DNA of 64,000 nucleotides from a virus (taxonomy: Duplodnaviria > Caudoviricetes): positions 32,001 through 96,000 of the IMG/VR virus record IMGVR_UViG_3300013383_000002. One strand, given 5' to 3'. Below, one piece after another: positions 21,372-31,887 of the stretch (position 1 is its first letter; each line of letters begins with the position of its first letter). A program made the translations under genes and the position numbers. The notes under the pieces were generated by a model. That model was not told where the DNA came from and ran no database searches. It was given only the letters and a program-made list of their open reading frames with translations.

Positions 21372-22619
21372 ACCCAACGTATATTCAAATAGACTTGTTT
21401 GATTTAGATAATTTTTGAATGAAGATAATTCCGTGTTTCCTGGTGCTCGCGCACTACCTCGAATGTATCCTTCTTTATTGAGCCGTGCGACTATGGTCGG
21501 GCGCTTATACTTCGAGGCCAAGGACATCGAAATCAATCCATTTAACTCTGCCGGAAATACATCATCATCCTCTAACCGAATAAAAAGAACTTGGTTTGAT
21601 AATAGATCTTTCTTGAAAATTTTTGCTTCAAGTCTTTCAACCATTTGTTCCTTCATCTTATCTTGGTGAGACTTTGCGTTTACACATTCACGAACGCTTT
21701 CCACGCACAGCCGTTCTTTTGTTCCTTTCGCGCCGCGCTTGTGGCAATCAACCATCATTTCTGGCATTACAAAAGACAAATATAAACGTTCTTTCTCATC
21801 CATTGAACCGACTCTAATCATGGCATTGATTAGCGGAACAATATAAAAAGCGACTGTAATTGGAGTAATCTTTCCGCCCATTGAATAGTCTTGCTTTTCA
21901 ACTAAAGTCCTAAACATTTTATTTTTGATGTTCTTGAAACCGGTTTGAACGAGATATTGGTTTTCGACTTCTAGCATTGACATCATATCTGCGACGATGC
22001 CCAAAGCACATAAATCAATATATTCCCAAGCAAAGTCTTTCAAGAAGAAATTATCAAGCGCGCGACACAGTTGCCAAGTGACGCCAGCTCCGCACAAATC
22101 TTTATTTTTATAATTAGGCGAAGTTTGATTATTTACTAGAATCATATTTGGAGGAATGATGGTATTCTCTTCTTTGATGTGATGGTCCGCGCACAACACA
22201 GGACAACTAAAATTGGCAATATATTCGCCATCATTCGTAGCACTATCCGGCGCGATAATCATACTCCAATCTTTATCTTCCAGTTGTTCCATCAAATCAG
22301 AAAAACCGTGTTGTTTTCCAGAGTGGATAAAATATTGAATCTCTTTTTCTGGATTTAGTCTTTTCAAATATTGATAGATAATGGCAGATGAAGTGGCACC
22401 ATCGACGTCACAGTCTGCAATGAGCGCGTAGGGTCGTGCGTCGTTGATTGTTAGTTCTATTGCTTTTACAGCTCGTTCTATGTTCTCTAAATCGCGCCAA
22501 CTTTGAAGGCAGCTTTCATCTGGGCGACAAAATTCTTGGACGTCTTGAACACCTCGCGCGCGAAGTAGATTTTCTCCGAAATTTTCTTTTATTTCTGGAT
22601 TTCTTAGTCGATATTTCAT
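21372..22619 (-). CDS. recJ: RecJ-like ssDNA exonuclease, exon 1
   Basis: DCDVDG, HG, DHH, LCGAGV, GIVAD, PLINA and RGSAR motifs. Confidence 0.9.
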
Positions 22620-23674
22620 TACACTTTTACTCTCTCCTTTACCAACTGACGGAAGATTTCCTCTCCTTCATCGACTGGGCTATCTTTTTTCTTCGTCAGA
22701 TTGCTTCTATCATAAACAAAAGAAAATTTACAATAATTTTTATATTTATTACAAATCTTCCAAAGTTTCTCAAAATATTCAGTACTGTCTGCTTTTTCTT
22801 CATTATCTAAACAAAGGATAATTTCTCTTGGGTGCGCGAACCGCATCAAAAGGTCGATTTGGTATTTATTGAACTGGCTGCCGCAAATGGCGACGGCACA
22901 GTTCGGCGTAGAGAAATTCTCAGACAAAAGAACGCTTTTTTCTGCCTCAAACACATAGCAAACGCCCCTCTCTTCAATATTCTTTTTGTTTTGAAAAAGT
23001 CCATATAGATTGAATGAAAGAGGATGAGAATACCAAGTTCCTTCAACTTGAATAGGCATATACTTGCCCACATTCTTAACCTCCCATTCATCAAGTGCGC
23101 GCCCTCTAATTCCAACCAATCTTCCATTTACATCAAAATGAGGTATAATAATTTTATTTTGGGTGGGTGAATAAAGTATCCCATATTTATCCATCGCTTG
23201 CGCAGTAATTCCATCTTCTAGCCATTCAACAGGATAATAATGTTGAAAAGTTTCAAGAACCTTAGGGGAAAACTCGGGGAGTTCGCGTCGAGACTTCTGT
23301 TCTACATATCTATCCTTATCACTTTTATATTTTGTTTTTAGTTCTTTTTCTTCGGCGAAATAAGACTGGTTATAGCTCTGAATAAAGCTATAAACATCTT
23401 GATACCAATCAAATACAATTTCGCGCGTCTCATACCAATGCTCAATGAATTGGAATATTGACATCGCGCCGCAAGAACTATAACAATAGAATAAATGTGT
23501 ATTCTTATAATAATAAAGCTTCCAGGAAGCTTCATCTACGTTTAGATTGTGGCAAGCTGTTTTACAGAGTAAAAAATCTCTTTTATCAATCCATGGAACG
23601 TCTAGCTTATCCAAAATCTTTTCAATATCTTCTGGTTCAAGACTTTCAATTATCTCTTTGTAATTGATTGCCAC
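22619..23674 (-). CDS. DNA primase (DnaG-like)
   Basis: Zn domain (CHN...YCYSSC), IIIPHFD..G.LVG.RGR, TOPRIM FEAEK and LDNE. Confidence 0.85.
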   Translation of the reverse strand: MAINYKEIIESLEPEDIEKILDKLDVPWIDKRDFLLCKTACHNLNVDEASWKLYYYKNTHLFYCYSSCGAMSIFQFIEHWYETREIVFDWYQDVYSFIQSYNQSYFAEEKELKTKYKSDKDRYVEQKSRRELPEFSPKVLETFQHYYPVEWLEDGITAQAMDKYGILYSPTQNKIIIPHFDVNGRLVGIRGRALDEWEVKNVGKYMPIQVEGTWYSHPLSFNLYGLFQNKKNIEERGVCYVFEAEKSVLLSENFSTPNCAVAICGSQFNKYQIDLLMRFAHPREIILCLDNEEKADSTEYFEKLWKICNKYKNYCKFSFVYDRSNLTKKKDSPVDEGEEIFRQLVKERVKV

Positions 23675-25236
23675 TAGTTCTTTCCTTTCTTATTGATTTC
23701 TTTCAAAAATTCCAAGTCTTCTTCTGAGAGTTCCCAATCTACTGTATTGCGCGCTTCGTCTTCTGTAAGCTCTGGAATGGGGCGCATATATCTGTCGGTG
23801 GCAAACAAATCTCGTTTCCGAAGCGTTCCTGCGTTGAATTGGCTCCAAATTCTAACTTGCGTCCATCGACCAGAGCGAACTTTGAAGACATCGGTTACCA
23901 TATCAGGAATGATGCCTTGGTCGAGAACTCCATCTTGGGTTAGAATTTCAATTTCATCCTTGGTGGGTCGCGCGCAAATTACACCATTATCTGCTTTATT
24001 GATGGTCGCGCGACCACCAGCCAAGGAAGCTTCATTACGGATATCGGTATTATCATCCGCTTTGGCATTGACCTGAGTTGAGGTAAAAACACAGACATTT
24101 TGCTCAATCGCTAGGTCTTTGAGAGCAGTAGTCATCAATAAAAGCAGCTCGTCGTTACGGAGGCCGTGCCCACGAAATTCTTCAAGCAGTTTTGGAGAAA
24201 TAAAAATATAATCATAGAAAACATAACGGCTTCCGTAAAGAATCACTTGTTCACGTACTATATTTTTGATTTGTTCAATTGAGGGGTCTGGAATTCTCAT
24301 TAGTTTTAGTGTTTTATAATGCTTGATAATTTTGCGCGCGACCTCTATTCTTTCTAATTCGTCTTTTGAGAAATCACCATAACGAAAGCGGCTTCTTTCA
24401 ATTCCGGTCAAATATCCTAAAACCATTTGGATAATTTGCTCTGGTTTTTGCTCTGTCATAATAAAAAGAACGGGTTCCGTATTACCTATTCTAACCCATT
24501 CTCTCCTATAATCGTCATAATAAAATGGAAAAGCCAATCGGCAGGCATCTGCCACCGCCTGAGCTGACTTTCCTCCGCCACTCCCGCTACTACGAATAGT
24601 TAGCGCGCCAAGTTCCGCGCCATTTATAATATGAGAAAAAATGTCGCCATTTACTGGAAGTCCAATACCTTCTGACGCGCCAAAACTATCAATTACATCA
24701 TCCACTTCTTCTTCCAAATTCCATGATTGAATTTCGTCATTCTCATTATAATTTTGTTCGAGTTTCAGAATTTTGGATTTGACTTGTTGAAGAATTTTTT
24801 CAATAGTCAGTTCTTCAAAATTTTTATTGACTTCAAATGCTTCTGGTCTTGTTTCATCCTCAATAAAAAACTCGCTAGTGTCAACGCCCATTTTTTGAAG
24901 AGAATTCAACAAGCTAATTTTTTTTAGACGTCGATAGTAGAGGAGAAAATTATCTTCATCTGTATAATACTGCGCGTCTTGAAGATACTCAATACCATGA
25001 GCCGTGTCAAACGTAACTCGCGCGGACGTATTATTCTTCAAGTAGCCTTCAATATCAATAGGAGCAATACGAGTCGCGCCATTTCGATAAAGACCATCAA
25101 TCGCAGCGAAAATATACTTGTCAAGTTTTGTTTGAAAGTCATCTGGTGTCAAAATATATTTATCTGTATGACTGAGATATTGTGGCTTTGCCATAAGTGC
25201 GCCAAGAACCTGAAGCACTGTATTTTTATCTGTCAT
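23674..25236 (-). CDS. replicative DnaB-like helicase
   Basis: Walker A GSGGGKS, MTE, FYDYI, STQVN, KVRSG. Confidence 0.85.
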   Translation of the reverse strand: MTDKNTVLQVLGALMAKPQYLSHTDKYILTPDDFQTKLDKYIFAAIDGLYRNGATRIAPIDIEGYLKNNTSARVTFDTAHGIEYLQDAQYYTDEDNFLLYYRRLKKISLLNSLQKMGVDTSEFFIEDETRPEAFEVNKNFEELTIEKILQQVKSKILKLEQNYNENDEIQSWNLEEEVDDVIDSFGASEGIGLPVNGDIFSHIINGAELGALTIRSSGSGGGKSAQAVADACRLAFPFYYDDYRREWVRIGNTEPVLFIMTEQKPEQIIQMVLGYLTGIERSRFRYGDFSKDELERIEVARKIIKHYKTLKLMRIPDPSIEQIKNIVREQVILYGSRYVFYDYIFISPKLLEEFRGHGLRNDELLLLMTTALKDLAIEQNVCVFTSTQVNAKADDNTDIRNEASLAGGRATINKADNGVICARPTKDEIEILTQDGVLDQGIIPDMVTDVFKVRSGRWTQVRIWSQFNAGTLRKRDLFATDRYMRPIPELTEDEARNTVDWELSEEDLEFLKEINKKGKN

Positions 25237-25772
25237 CAAATGTCCTCCAAGTTCCATTTAGGTCTTGCTTTGGTTTTTTCTTTTTTGACCGCGCGAGCAG
25301 GCGCTTTCGCGCGAAGCTCTTCTCTACGCCTAATTTCATCTTCGATGGAGGCCACAATTCCACGATTCTCTTGTTCTTTGCGCGACCAGTACTCAGTGGA
25401 TTTAGAATAGACGTATGGAATAATTCCAAGTCCGCCGTAACTCTTTTCTCTATCCCCGTTTTGAATTTCGTAGAAATATTTTAGGGCAAAGTAACACCCC
25501 TTATACGTCCCCTTTTTCTCTGATTTGATAAAGGATTTGAAAAAAGCTTCACATTTGAAAAAATCATATTTGATTTTTAGGTCGTGCGCGAGATAGTCAT
25601 AAATGCGGTCGCGCCATTGCTCATCTTCATTTAGGTTTGCTTTTTTCCAGTTATCATAACAAGTTTTATGGTAATAATAATTCTTTGCAGGCATCACATA
25701 AACGGTGTCCAATCCATCGAGCTGGGCATCAAAATACTGTCCGCATAGTCGGCATTTGACTTCGTGTTTCAC
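25236..25772 (-). CDS. hypothetical Zn-binding protein (possible helicase partner)
   Basis: CRLC...HKTC; GTG start after GGAG; a promoter at 25804-25832 argues against the longer ORF-track start. Confidence 0.65.
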   Translation of the reverse strand: MKHEVKCRLCGQYFDAQLDGLDTVYVMPAKNYYYHKTCYDNWKKANLNEDEQWRDRIYDYLAHDLKIKYDFFKCEAFFKSFIKSEKKGTYKGCYFALKYFYEIQNGDREKSYGGLGIIPYVYSKSTEYWSRKEQENRGIVASIEDEIRRREELRAKAPARAVKKEKTKARPKWNLEDI

Positions 25773-25834
25773 TCTATCAACTCCAATTCTTTTCCTTTCT
25801 AATATTATATCATAAATTTCGTAAAAATACAAAT

Positions 25835-25867
25835 TCAGAGGCATAGTTTTACACTATGCCCCTGAAC
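25835..25867 (-). terminator. terminator-like hairpin
   Basis: TTCAGAGGCATAGT TTTAC ACTATGCCCCTGAA. Confidence 0.55.
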
Positions 25868-25877
25868 GTATATCTAT

Positions 25878-26232
25878 TTAGTTCATGCTATCGCGTAGGT
25901 CACGAAGGTCGAGAAGGGCCAAGTATAGGAGGTCTACTTGGTCTTCGGTAACTTCTGAAAGTTTTATCTTTCGGCCAAAAATCATTTCAACCTTCTTAGA
26001 CATCGTGCGAACGATATCAGCTTTTTCGTCATCCGTTTGTGCTTTATTGACAAGCGAAGTCCAGATTTCACGAGCTTCACTCATAGTGGCGTTGAAGTCA
26101 TGCTTTTCATTAGTGATAATTGGAGCATTGTCAACAACTCGCGCACCATTTTGTTCTTCCATGTCAATTGCCTTGGCGAGAGCGTCCTCAAATTCATGAA
26201 AACCAAAAGGAATACGTGGAGCAAGATATTTA
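25878..26232 (-). CDS. AAA_24/Sak4-like ATPase, exon 4
   Basis: Splice gives AGSRF|KYLAPRIPF. Confidence 0.8.
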
Positions 26233-27478
26233 CAGTTTGTTATCATAAAGGCTTTTTATCCTCTATTTCTTATACTTCATTTCGTATAAGCTCAGCATAT
26301 CTTTTTATCCTTATGGGATATTTGGACTCGTGGGAGTTTTATTCATGAACAAACAAGACTCGAATTTCTCTTTTTTTCTTTTTAGAAAAAGGATTTTTTC
26401 ATTATAAAAACCATAATATAATTTTACACTATTTGTTTTATTGAAAGTGAAATAGTAAAGTGGAACAGTTGACCTTTTATCCCATCTTGAATGAATGATC
26501 GTTGGAATAATACCTAATTGCTCTTCCAAAATAGACATAATAATAGAAAGATTTTCTTTGGAAACACTTACTAAATTAGTTCTTATCGTATGTCCATCAT
26601 TCGGTTTATAGACACACCCATTTCCATCAAAATATCCATGAATAAAATCTAAATAATATTCTTTTGGAAGATTCAATGGAAATTTCATTTCATAGGTTTT
26701 TTTATTTGTAATTCCATAATTAGCAAGAAAACTGACATATTTTTTTGAAGAAAAAGTCAAACTAACTGAAGGGTGGCCGTCCTTCAAGTAATGATAAATT
26801 GGCCCATCAAACTCTATATACTTTTTGATTTTTTCTAAAACTTCTTCATCTTTTTCTGCCAAACCAATACTTATTCGATGTAAAGTTTTTCCTTCTGGAG
26901 ATTTACAAATATAACCATCTGCCGCGATGAACCCCATCAGCCAAGCTGTATCGTGGTTGATTTGAATGATTTTATCATCATTTATTTTATACTTTCTATT
27001 ATCAGTATTTTGTCGAGCTTCTTCGTGAGTTCTTATTCTAATGTTGTTTTCTTTCAAGATTTTTTTTAGACAAGCGTCACTTGTTCTATACTTTTTAGAG
27101 CATTTTGATAAAGATAGCCCGTTTGAGTAATCTTTGATAAAATCCTCAATAACTCCTTCTATTTCAACACGAGGTCTTTTTTTATGAGTTTTTTTTAATT
27201 CAAAACCGTTTTCTCTAAAAATTCGTCTAGTTAGGTCATAGCCATAACCTTCAAGCTTGCCAGCTTCGATAAGAGATAAATCTTTTTCATAGTAATTTGT
27301 TTTTATTCTTTGAATTACCTCTTCTGGCACCACTTTTTTATTTGCCATGTTATTTTCTCCTATGCGTTGCCCCTGACCAGTATTTTACCACTAGCCTTCA
27401 GGTCTGATTCCCATCTCAGGGTTCCAGCTTTTTTCCAAAATTTTATTGATAAATTACTTTACCATAGCTCTATTTCTA
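26233..27478 (-). mobile_element. group I intron 3 of the ATPase gene
   Basis: P1 GCTT/GAGC; core shared with introns 1 and 2; P7 GCATA/TATGC; ends AACTG. Confidence 0.88.
26311..27348 (-). CDS. intron-encoded LAGLIDADG endonuclease with N-terminal HTH repeats
   Basis: AWLMGFIAADG and FIHGYFDGNG. Confidence 0.9.
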   Translation of the reverse strand: MANKKVVPEEVIQRIKTNYYEKDLSLIEAGKLEGYGYDLTRRIFRENGFELKKTHKKRPRVEIEGVIEDFIKDYSNGLSLSKCSKKYRTSDACLKKILKENNIRIRTHEEARQNTDNRKYKINDDKIIQINHDTAWLMGFIAADGYICKSPEGKTLHRISIGLAEKDEEVLEKIKKYIEFDGPIYHYLKDGHPSVSLTFSSKKYVSFLANYGITNKKTYEMKFPLNLPKEYYLDFIHGYFDGNGCVYKPNDGHTIRTNLVSVSKENLSIIMSILEEQLGIIPTIIHSRWDKRSTVPLYYFTFNKTNSVKLYYGFYNEKILFLKRKKEKFESCLFMNKTPTSPNIP

Positions 27479-27583
27479 AAGCGGCTACCTGCTGTAACAG
27501 TGGGCGTTGAGCGCGTTAGAATCCAGCGTTCACTTTCCCCTTTTTCGTTCCAAGATTGAGTAATAACACCGATGATGTCAACA
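27479..27583 (-). CDS. AAA_24/Sak4-like ATPase, exon 3 (105 nt)
   Basis: L|VDIIGVITQSW...RSTPTVTAGSR; not in the ORF track. Confidence 0.8.
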
Positions 27584-28661
27584 CAATTTGTTATCGTAAA
27601 GTTTTTTATCTTTACTTCTTACTCTTGAATTTGAGTAAGTTCAGCATATCTTTTTTCCTCTACGTTAGAGGAATAGAGTCTCGTGGATTTTATATCATAA
27701 AAGGTCTTCATTATTTGATATTTTCTTTCCATATAAATGGAATTAGGAACATACAGAATTTCAAAAAGTTTTAGTATAGTTTCTTTTTTATAGACTTGCA
27801 TTGAATAAAAATGGTCGCCTTGACTCAAAGTTTTTGTGCTAGTAGACAGGGAAGTAATAATACCATACTTATTCAAAAGAACTTGACGCATCCATTCAAT
27901 AACTTCTTTTCTGGCACCACAAATATACCAATTATATTGATATTTTTTATAATTCGTCCAGATACAACCGTCGCCATCAAAGTATCCTCGGATATAAGAA
28001 ATAAAATATCGTTCGTCAAGAAAAGTAGGCGGGACCAAAGTAAAAGTTTTATGAGGAATTATTCCATAATGAGCTAAGTCTTGCTTGATAGTATAGCTAC
28101 AAACTCTAAGACGACTATACTCATGGCCTGAATTATTAGTATAGTGTTCTATCGGTCCTTCATAACTTAGTTCATCTTTTATTTTATATAATATTTCTTC
28201 ATCAGCTCGTTGGATGTCTATTGAGAAATGGTTTGAGCTTTTTGAAACGCCTCCATCAGATGCTAAAAAACCAAGAATGTAAGCCATATTGTGGGATTGA
28301 ACTTTGAAATAATCGTCATTGACATTATGTGCTCGGCATTCTTTCATGGCCTCTTGTCGATTACGAACTTTTACTCCCCATTTTTTCAGATATCTTTGAA
28401 TTGTTATTCCTGCGATTCCAACGTCTCGGCCGATAGCGTTGACCCCTCTTTTCAATACTGCATAATTATATACTATAAACTCTTTTTGTTCATCTGTGAA
28501 TGAAATAGGTTTACCCACGCTGGGTTCCTCCTTTATGTTTATCAATCTATGCGTTGCGCGTGTTAGAGCTTTTGCACCCTAACTTCCGCTCTGATTCCCA
28601 TCTCAGGGTTCCAGCTTTTTACTCTAATTTAGATATTTGTTACCAAATAAATGCCCCATTG
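27584..28661 (-). mobile_element. group I intron 2 of the ATPase gene
   Basis: P1 GCCT/GGGC; shared core; ends AATTG. Confidence 0.88.
27619..28545 (-). CDS. intron-encoded LAGLIDADG endonuclease
   Basis: AYILGFLASDG and YIRGYFDGDG. Confidence 0.9.
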   Translation of the reverse strand: MINIKEEPSVGKPISFTDEQKEFIVYNYAVLKRGVNAIGRDVGIAGITIQRYLKKWGVKVRNRQEAMKECRAHNVNDDYFKVQSHNMAYILGFLASDGGVSKSSNHFSIDIQRADEEILYKIKDELSYEGPIEHYTNNSGHEYSRLRVCSYTIKQDLAHYGIIPHKTFTLVPPTFLDERYFISYIRGYFDGDGCIWTNYKKYQYNWYICGARKEVIEWMRQVLLNKYGIITSLSTSTKTLSQGDHFYSMQVYKKETILKLFEILYVPNSIYMERKYQIMKTFYDIKSTRLYSSNVEEKRYAELTQIQE

Positions 28662-28907
28662 AGGCCATTGACAATTTTTAGACAACGGTTATTGAGGTCG
28701 GGCTTCGCACTAATAAGCTTGCCCTCCTCGTCATAAGTCTCTTTCAAGTGACACGTCATGAGAAGGCCATATCTCATCATAGTAATTTTGCGGAGGGAAT
28801 TTTCAAATTCTTTCGACAGTTGAGCGTAACCTCCACCGAAGGGCACATCTCCGATCTTAGATACTCCATTCTGCGCGCAGATAAACTGCTCACAAAGGTC
28901 ATAAAGT
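28662..28907 (-). CDS. AAA_24/Sak4-like ATPase, exon 2
   Basis: I|LYDLCEQFIC...PFGGGY...MTCH...IVNG. Confidence 0.8.
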
Positions 28908-30146
28908 CAATGTGTTATCGTAAAGGTTTTTTATCCTTTACTTCTTATACTTCATTTCGTATAAGTTCAGCATATCTTTTTTACCTCATCAAAGGTAATT
29001 CAGGCTCTTGGATAATTATTTCATAAGAGATAAGAATTTTTTATATTTTCTTTCCATATATAGGGAATCTTTTACATATAAAATATTGAAAATTTGTCTA
29101 GCTCTGTCTCCGTAATAAGTAATTTCATACCAGTCTCTATTATCGGACAATTTCCCTTTTACTGTTCTTAGAACCGTTTGTATATTATACTGGGTACTTA
29201 AAAAATCTCTCATCCATTGTATGATGTCTTTAGAAGCTCCTCCAATAAAAAAGCTAGGAGTATAATTATTTAAAACAATACATCCATCTCCATCAAAATA
29301 CCCTCTAATATAAGAAATACAATACTCAGGAAGAAGAAGCTCTGGCGGTTTTAATATAAAAGTTTTATTTGGAACAATTCCGTAGTGAGCTAAATCTTTT
29401 TTTATAGTAGAACTCCAAAAAGAAAGCTTCGCTATTTCTCTTTCTTTTTCTCCTTCTCCTACACAAGAATACACTTTTACTGGACGAGTATTTTTTAGTT
29501 CTCTATTTATATCTTCAAGAATTTTTTTATCATCAGCTTTTAACTGAATAAAGATACCGTTTTCTTTAGAAGAGACACTCCCGTCCGAAGCTAATAGCCC
29601 TAGTATATATGCCATATTATGAGATTGTGTTTTAAAATAATTATCATCAATAGTATACTTCCGTAAATTATCTTTTGATTCTACATAATTACGGATATAA
29701 ACACCATTTTCTTGAAGAATAGTTTTTACCGCTCTTTGACTAAGGCTAAAAGGCTTCCCACTAGGAACAAGTCCTTTTTTTAAGACTGTATAATTATAAA
29801 TTACTTTTTCTTGTATTTCTTTTGAAACATCTTTTTTATTTTGATGTTTAGCTTCTCTAATTTCAACATTATGAGATTTTAATAAATTACGGACAGTTTG
29901 TCTGTTACAATTATACTCTTTGGCTAAACTCATTAGAGAGTATTTTTCATTTACATATTTTTTATATATATCTTCCCAAAATTCTTCTAGTTTACTCAAC
30001 CGAGTCAACCTCCTATGTTTATATTATCTATGCGTTGCGCGTGTTAGAATTTTTACATTCTAACTTCCGCTCTGATTCCCATCTCAGGGTTCCAGCTTTT
30101 TACTGAAATAAAACTAATTTATTACTAAATTAGAGGACGCTTTTCC
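28908..30146 (-). mobile_element. group I intron 1 of the ATPase gene
   Basis: P1 GGGAT/GTCCT; shared core; ends CATTG. Confidence 0.88.
29016..30008 (-). CDS. intron-encoded LAGLIDADG endonuclease with HTH repeats
   Basis: AYILGLLASDG and YIRGYFDGDG. Confidence 0.9.
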   Translation of the reverse strand: MTRLSKLEEFWEDIYKKYVNEKYSLMSLAKEYNCNRQTVRNLLKSHNVEIREAKHQNKKDVSKEIQEKVIYNYTVLKKGLVPSGKPFSLSQRAVKTILQENGVYIRNYVESKDNLRKYTIDDNYFKTQSHNMAYILGLLASDGSVSSKENGIFIQLKADDKKILEDINRELKNTRPVKVYSCVGEGEKEREIAKLSFWSSTIKKDLAHYGIVPNKTFILKPPELLLPEYCISYIRGYFDGDGCIVLNNYTPSFFIGGASKDIIQWMRDFLSTQYNIQTVLRTVKGKLSDNRDWYEITYYGDRARQIFNILYVKDSLYMERKYKKFLSLMK

Positions 30147-30427
30147 ATCCCAATAGTATCAATGCAAATTGTCTGATATAGTTCTTTTGCTTGCGGTTTT
30201 TCAAGCTGTCGAAGAACAAGTTTCCACTCGCTCCAAGTGGTAATTGGCTGAACCATCGCATTGCTTTGAGCGTTGGTTCCAATCTCGGTCGCTATGATGA
30301 GAGCTTTGTCGCTTTGACAACAAAACTCCGTTTTACCAATCTTAGGCGCGCCTGCGAGAAGCAGATATTTTCCACGTAGATTTCTCGAGATTACATTCGG
30401 CTGTAAAGAAAGAATATCAATGCCCAT
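30147..30427 (-). CDS. AAA_24/Sak4-like ATPase, exon 1
   Basis: Walker A GAPKIGKT and Walker B ICIDT; the four exons total 987 nt (328 aa). Confidence 0.82.
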
Positions 30428-30444
30428 AATCTTCGCCTCCTAAA

Positions 30445-31362
30445 TTAGAAGCCTAGGTCGGCCCCAACGTTAGAAAGTGAACTGGTCTGCGCGGGCGCCT
30501 TGTGCGTGCTCTTCTTACCGGCGTCGGCCTTCATCTGGTCAAGACGAGCCTTACGTTCGCGCATTGCCTGAACAAGGTCATCCATATCATAAGCTGCGTC
30601 ACCCTCAAATGGCTCCTGAGAACCAGCGATTACAACCAGCTCCCTCACAGAGGTAGTCTTCATGCGCTCCTGCGGCTCACCAAAGCCAATCTGCTCAACA
30701 ATCTTTTCAGTAACAGAAGAGAAGTTGAGACGAACAGTTGCCTTGAAAGTCTTATCGGTTTCCCAATATTGTTCAATTGCCGCGACAACATTAGGATTGG
30801 TAGCATGTAGCTTCATAATATCTACCTTACCGCCATATTGAGGAACAATAGCAGTAATTTCAAGCTTCTTAGGGTCCAGTTCAATACCCTGCTCATCGAC
30901 CATTGGCTTGATATTAGAAATAGCAAACATAATGGTAAATTCACAAGAAGGCTTAAATTCACCAGTTGCCTTGTTTACAAAAGAGGCCTGAACACGGGGA
31001 GTGGAGACAAAACGACCATCCTGCGTGTAGAACTCATTCATTCTAAGGTTCGCGCCAGTGATACGAACACGATCTGCTTCCTCTCTACCAACAGCGGCGA
31101 CAGACTTATACTCCTTCATTACAGTTTCGATACTAGTATAAGCGGGGTTTAGTGCGCCGTCCTTCTTATACTTCTGAGAATAAAGAGAAACTGGAATTTG
31201 AAGCGTAACTTGTGCCCCATTGATTTCCTTGTCTACTTCAACAATAATTTCGCCGCCGACGGTTTCAACCTTCTGCCCATTCTTATCAAAAGAGCCATAC
31301 TTTAGATTAGTTTCTAGTAGAATACCCTCAATCTTACCTCTATTTTCAGCTTGCTTTAGCAT
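30445..31362 (-). CDS. probable phage single-stranded DNA-binding protein
   Basis: Beta-rich body with a flexible C-tail ending DLGF; adjacent to the Sak4-like ATPase. Confidence 0.55.
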   Translation of the reverse strand: MLKQAENRGKIEGILLETNLKYGSFDKNGQKVETVGGEIIVEVDKEINGAQVTLQIPVSLYSQKYKKDGALNPAYTSIETVMKEYKSVAAVGREEADRVRITGANLRMNEFYTQDGRFVSTPRVQASFVNKATGEFKPSCEFTIMFAISNIKPMVDEQGIELDPKKLEITAIVPQYGGKVDIMKLHATNPNVVAAIEQYWETDKTFKATVRLNFSSVTEKIVEQIGFGEPQERMKTTSVRELVVIAGSQEPFEGDAAYDMDDLVQAMRERKARLDQMKADAGKKSTHKAPAQTSSLSNVGADLGF

Positions 31363-31405
31363 TTATTTTCTCCTTTTCAAATAAAATTATTTTTGGCTCT
31401 TCAAA

Positions 31406-31431
31406 TGGCGAGGCCGATAACGACCTCGCCT
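31406..31431 (-). terminator. hairpin, possible terminator
   Basis: GGCGAGG ... CCTCGCC. Confidence 0.45.
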
Positions 31432-31446
31432 ATATGAATTCAATTC

Positions 31447-31698
31447 TTACTCAGCATCCTCAGAGGGAACAAAATTCTTGCCAGCGTCCGTTAGAACGGC
31501 GTAAGCAACAGGCTTCTCAGCACCCTCGACCTCTTCCTTCTCACGAACAACAAGACCCTTCTTCGTTAGGTCAAGAACATTCGCGCCGACAGAGCGAGCA
31601 GAACGACCAGTAGCATTAGCAAGCTCCTCAATAGAAACCTTGCCGCCGTTATTCTTCAGATACTCAAAAACCTCAGAACTCTTACTTGTTAGAACCAT
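31447..31698 (-). CDS. small winged-helix DNA-binding protein
   Basis: SIEELANATGRSARSV...LTKKGLV...LTDAGK; consensus TTGACA-N17-TATAAT promoter at 31772-31799. Confidence 0.75.
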   Translation of the reverse strand: MVLTSKSSEVFEYLKNNGGKVSIEELANATGRSARSVGANVLDLTKKGLVVREKEEVEGAEKPVAYAVLTDAGKNFVPSEDAE

Positions 31699-31887
31699 TT
31701 CAATTACTCCTTTTATTATAAAAAAATATTTTTATTATAAACGAGACGCTGTCTCATTTATTACATTTATATTATACACGATTTTCTTTGTTTTGTCAAA
31801 AATTCAATCCAAAGTTTTTCGTGTATCAAAACGAGTTGTCTTTCAACTCATCTTGTGGTAATATTATACTCAAAATTCAAAGAAAAA

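Noticed and set aside
26233-30146. Repeated blocks as IS ends or an assembly duplication
   Set aside because: The repeats map to group I core elements, the endonuclease ORFs are divergent, and the exons rejoin in frame.
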